DNA of 63,594 bases, the filler included. It is 4 parts of 4 records of this genome, joined end to end, with 100 filler letters (N's around TTAATTAATTAA, not from the genome) between each part and the next. Parts side by side here need not be neighbours in the genome. Positions count along the whole stretch, not along the records: positions 53,714 to 63,594 come from DRR723986_3498; 3 more parts are not named here. One strand, 5' to 3'. Positions 60,070 through 63,594 of this stretch are shown one piece after another. Under the pieces are notes generated by a model. The model did no database searches, was not told the origin of the DNA, and saw only the letters and a list, made by a program, of their open reading frames with translations. A program made the translations under genes and the position numbers. Numbering within the stretch: position 1 is the stretch's first letter; every line of letters begins with the position of its first letter.

Positions 60070-60450
60070 ATGGCACAGCTCGAAATAACGGGTAAGCTCT
60101 TTGAAGTCTTCGATGAACAGCAAGTAACGGACAGCTTTCGCAAACGCGAATTCATCATTGAAATGCTCGACGGCAACTACACGCAGCATGTTAAGTTTCA
60201 GTTAACACAAGACCGCTGCTCAATTCTCGATCAGCATTCCACTGGCGACGAACTCAAGGTTTCGTTTAACCTGACCGGCCGTCGTTACACAAATCCTGAA
60301 GGTAAAGTCCTGTATTTTACCAATCTTAACGCTTGGCGCCTTGAGCGCGCTGGTGGTGCTGGTGATGTGCCGCCTCCACCTGACAGTTATGGCGCTGGTG
60401 GTGGAACCGCCGGTGGTGCGCAGGATGATGCCGACGATCTGCCGTTTTAA
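60070..60450 (+). CDS. DUF3127 family protein (FCB-group SSB-like)
   Basis: FRKREF..VKFQLTQDR..FNLTGR..YFTNLNAWRL with acidic tail DDLPF. Confidence 0.9.
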   Translation: MAQLEITGKLFEVFDEQQVTDSFRKREFIIEMLDGNYTQHVKFQLTQDRCSILDQHSTGDELKVSFNLTGRRYTNPEGKVLYFTNLNAWRLERAGGAGDVPPPPDSYGAGGGTAGGAQDDADDLPF

Positions 60451-60498
60451 AATTCTGCCTGTACTTGTTTAATCAGGTGCTTCCAGATGTTAATACTC

Positions 60499-60534
60499 AA
60501 AAGTCGCTCGGATCTTCCGGGCGGCTTTTTTTTT
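60499..60534 (+). terminator. Intrinsic terminator
   Basis: AAAAGTCGCTCGGA-TCT-TCCGGGCGGCTTTTTTTTT. Confidence 0.85.
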
Positions 60535-60792
60535 GCCTGGAGCTTGCTTCAACTCTCCGGCTGTTCAACCACTATGTTTGGTGTTATGTTTGGCTGCCTG
60601 CGTAAGAGCACTTCGCCCTTTTGCCTGCGGCTCAATGGCTTGTTTTATTCTCTTGTTAGTCGCTGACCCCCAAGTCCGAAACTGTTAAGTCTTTCAGTCT
60701 TTTTGTAGTTTAATGTTGCTGCGCTTAGCTACAGGCCTATCGCCCAGCCCCAAGTCATTCAGTATCAGAGTTCCTGCCGCAAGGAGTGTCAC

Positions 60793-61473
60793 ATGCAATT
60801 CAACAAAGAACAAGCTCAAAAGTACGATCAGAAACATGTTAAACTACAGTCCATGCGCGATGCCATGCATCTGTGCATGCAGATTGTGCTGCGTGAGCTA
60901 CCGGAAGACGCGCGCATTTTATGTGTCGGCGCAGGTACGGGCATGGAGCTGCTGGACCTGGCGCAGGCAAAACCTGGCTGGCAGTTTACGGCTGTGGAAC
61001 CTTCAGCGGCGATGCTGGAAATTTGTCGGCATCGCATGCAGGCGGCAGGGCTGGATGCACGCTGCACATATCACGAAGGATATCTGGACACCCTGCCCGA
61101 AACTGAAAGTTTTGATGTCGCCACCTGTATCCTGGTATCACACTTTATCCTGGACAAAGACGCGCGCATAGCGCTGTTTAAGGGAATGCACGATCGGCTG
61201 CGTCCCGGCGGCAGTTTGATCAGTGCCGACTTTGCAGGTGATGTAGACAGCCCATTGTACGCAGAAATGCTGCATCAGTGGTTGAACCTGCAGCGGCATG
61301 CGGGTTTAACCGAAGAAGGAATTAACAATCATGCGGCGGCGATCAAGGAAAAGCTGATGGTGTTCGCGCCCGCAGGCGTAGAGCAGCTGATGCACAGCGC
61401 CGGCTTTGCTGCGCCGCTGCAGATTTTTCAGATGTTAATGCTGCACATGTGGCTGGGCCGGCGCTCGCAGTAA
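60793..61473 (+). CDS. Class I SAM-dependent methyltransferase
   Basis: AAGGAG RBS; ILCVGAGTGME, VEPSAAML, FDVATCILVSHF, LRPGG. Confidence 0.9.
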   Translation: MQFNKEQAQKYDQKHVKLQSMRDAMHLCMQIVLRELPEDARILCVGAGTGMELLDLAQAKPGWQFTAVEPSAAMLEICRHRMQAAGLDARCTYHEGYLDTLPETESFDVATCILVSHFILDKDARIALFKGMHDRLRPGGSLISADFAGDVDSPLYAEMLHQWLNLQRHAGLTEEGINNHAAAIKEKLMVFAPAGVEQLMHSAGFAAPLQIFQMLMLHMWLGRRSQ

Positions 61474-61634
61474 TCAAGGCAAAGGGCCCGTATCGACGGC
61501 TGTGAATCTTGTGTTGGGTGCAATAGAATGGCTTGACTCTGCTCTGAAATGAGACGCTTAACAGAGTGATGGGTGCCTAAAACCCAGTTCCGAAACGCGA
61601 ATCTCACAAAATATTTGAAGAAAATGGGCATTGC

Positions 61635-63245
61635 ATGAAAACGCTTGTTGCCGTATTGATCTTCCTCATTTTAGCTGTTATCCCGGCCACAGGAGAGACC
61701 TTGGGTATCAAAATAGATAAATTAATCGAGCATGCCTTGCTCGATAGTGAGCAGTTGGAGGGGCTGAAGGGCAACCTGAACCGGAATGACGATCACGCCA
61801 GGTTAGACCTGCTAATGCTGTTGTATGAAGTTGAGTATTATCGATTTCTGAAAGCCAATAATTTAAAAGCCGGAACCTACCTTAACTTTGGAAAACTTAA
61901 ACCGGGCTTATCCGTGCCGGATAGTATCAAAAAAGAATTAACATCCTACCTGTCCAAGCTGTTAGACTGTGGGCTTATCAGTGAAAACCTACATGTGCAT
62001 TTTGAGTCTATTGTTGGCAAGAACGAAGCAGTGCATGTACTTGTGCTTTTGCCGGAAATTATAGAAAAAGTACGGTCGCTAGATCGAATACGGCCAGATA
62101 GGTTGAAGGTGTCGGCAGGACTCCTTAGAAGTAAAGGGGTTGTGAGTTCCGAATACGATCGCTTGTTGGTCGATATTGATCAGGGCAAGCTGCAGCAGCC
62201 ATTTGACTTAATGTACTATTGCGATCGTGCAGTTGTAATAAATACGCGGGACTATCCAGATACACCTGAAGAATATCTTGAGCAGATCCACAAACAAACG
62301 GCAAGTGTGATGCAGGAGTTGGCTTTCACAGACTTTAATTATCGCATTGTACGCGATAGCGCCTTTGCCTCGCAGGGTGATTGGTACTACTCTTTTGTTG
62401 TAGAGTTGAAATCAAATGACAAGGAGTATAAACTAAAGAGCTACTATGGCCGCGATAGCTCTAATGGAGGCCAAAGCGTTGGATGGAAAGTGTCTCAGCA
62501 GGAGTACTACAAGATATTTAACAAAGTTCTTGTTGACCTGGAATCATCGTACAGACTGCATGAAGTTAAGTCGTACGACGGCAATGCGGTTAGTTGGGAT
62601 GTGTTCGGAATTATTGCACTGACAAAAGAGCAGGCCAAATTGTTAAATACCGGCAGTCTGCACTTGAGCCCAAGCTATGAATATTTCGGAAATACCTTAA
62701 CTAGTACAAGAATTGCATCGGCAATTGCAGAGTATCGCCGTATCGGATTGTTGCAACATTTGACTGCCGAACAAATCGAACAATCTATAGAGCTGGCTGC
62801 GCAGAATGTAATTACGGACATGAATGATATCCTGATGAGTTTCCCAGGTGTTCTGCATCTGTTTGATATGGAGTTGGGGAACCTGGAAGACCCTTACGCT
62901 GAACTTATCGCTGAGTACAAAAATATCTCACATGGCGAGTTTAACGCAAGTGAAATTTCAGATGATTTTGACATTAGAAACAGCGATACTGTGGAAATCC
63001 AATTTAAGATTGGCAATCGAGAGTTCAAGAAGTCGCTGGAGATAGACAGTGATTGGATGGACACCGACTTTTTTGACTTCGTCGATTCTGTTGTAGACGA
63101 ATGCAAACTAAACGGGCGGTTTTACAACCTTTATACGGGCGATCAGGACGCAGTTGTCATCTATCTGACCAAACAGCAATACGAGCATCTACACACAAAC
63201 AAGTTGTTGGTATTTGATGCCGACGGGCAGACTGAAGAAGAGTAA
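61635..63245 (+). CDS. Secreted hypothetical protein
   Basis: 536-aa ORF with a signal peptide (MKTLVAVLIFLILAVIPATG); visibly more AT-rich than its neighbours; no family recognised. Confidence 0.75.
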   Translation: MKTLVAVLIFLILAVIPATGETLGIKIDKLIEHALLDSEQLEGLKGNLNRNDDHARLDLLMLLYEVEYYRFLKANNLKAGTYLNFGKLKPGLSVPDSIKKELTSYLSKLLDCGLISENLHVHFESIVGKNEAVHVLVLLPEIIEKVRSLDRIRPDRLKVSAGLLRSKGVVSSEYDRLLVDIDQGKLQQPFDLMYYCDRAVVINTRDYPDTPEEYLEQIHKQTASVMQELAFTDFNYRIVRDSAFASQGDWYYSFVVELKSNDKEYKLKSYYGRDSSNGGQSVGWKVSQQEYYKIFNKVLVDLESSYRLHEVKSYDGNAVSWDVFGIIALTKEQAKLLNTGSLHLSPSYEYFGNTLTSTRIASAIAEYRRIGLLQHLTAEQIEQSIELAAQNVITDMNDILMSFPGVLHLFDMELGNLEDPYAELIAEYKNISHGEFNASEISDDFDIRNSDTVEIQFKIGNREFKKSLEIDSDWMDTDFFDFVDSVVDECKLNGRFYNLYTGDQDAVVIYLTKQQYEHLHTNKLLVFDADGQTEEE

Positions 63246-63594
63246 TTGTAACTTTGAGGGTTATCAGAGAGACACGCCAGGCAGGCCAACCGGCCGCAGT
63301 TTTTCCTATTAGCGACTGCCTGTAAAAAGCCAGTACTCTAATTGTTTTAATCGGATGTATAACGTAGCGCGCGGCGACGAACCCGCGAGTATTTGCGCTA
63401 AGAGTTTTGACCGATAAACACGTAATGCAGGCCGTTTAACACTGGGTTGCCGGCCGTTTGATTTTTTGCGCATAGAATTGTGGCTGTATAGAGTTAGACT
63501 TGTAGTAGACGACCTGAGAATCGATGCGGGGTGCGTCTTTAACTCGATTTCTGTAGTACCATAAATTTTTAACCTGTAGAAATATAGGGTGGGA

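Noticed and set aside
63357-63499. GTATAAC...GTTAGAC as an integron attC site after the foreign-looking gene
   Set aside because: The core sites mismatch, no complementary L boxes are present, it starts more than 100 bp after the stop, and there is no integrase or second site.

Overview
The window is four contigs joined by 100-bp N/TTAATTAATTAA/N linkers (1-7935, 8036-39946, 40047-53613, 53714-63594), so neighbourhood across the gaps is meaningless. A T9SS C-terminal domain, DUF3127, a TPR-LuxR regulator, a patatin-Omp85 fusion and a 'VGIGT' fibre protein suggest an FCB-group bacterium, plausibly Kapabacteria/Ignavibacteria-like (inference). Most genes are ordinary: mutY, ybaK, an ATE/Bpt-like transferase, korAB, trpS, yceI-pirin-marR, FKBP, YfhO and a CBS/CysK enzyme. 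The strongest candidate for an undescribed system is contig 3, a five-gene co-oriented cluster truncated at both ends. It encodes a >2000-aa TcB/YD-shell-like protein, a Cys-rich secreted protein, a LolA-like secreted protein, an FGE/C-lectin-fold lipoprotein and a >1630-aa Rhs-like protein with a large Cys-rich insert. Also notable: a 2318-aa GT4-TPR-GT2-TPR-GT4-MTase-GT4-TPR protein behind a candidate sigma-54 promoter; a fibre protein plus M43 protease operon; two paralogous orphan histidine kinases; a di-heme peroxidase with an unusual distal-ligand region; a REP-like hairpin family at contig starts; and patchy over-representation of TTAA. No rRNA, tRNA, CRISPR array, transposase or integrase was recognised. 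All family calls are from motif reading by eye, without database searches.
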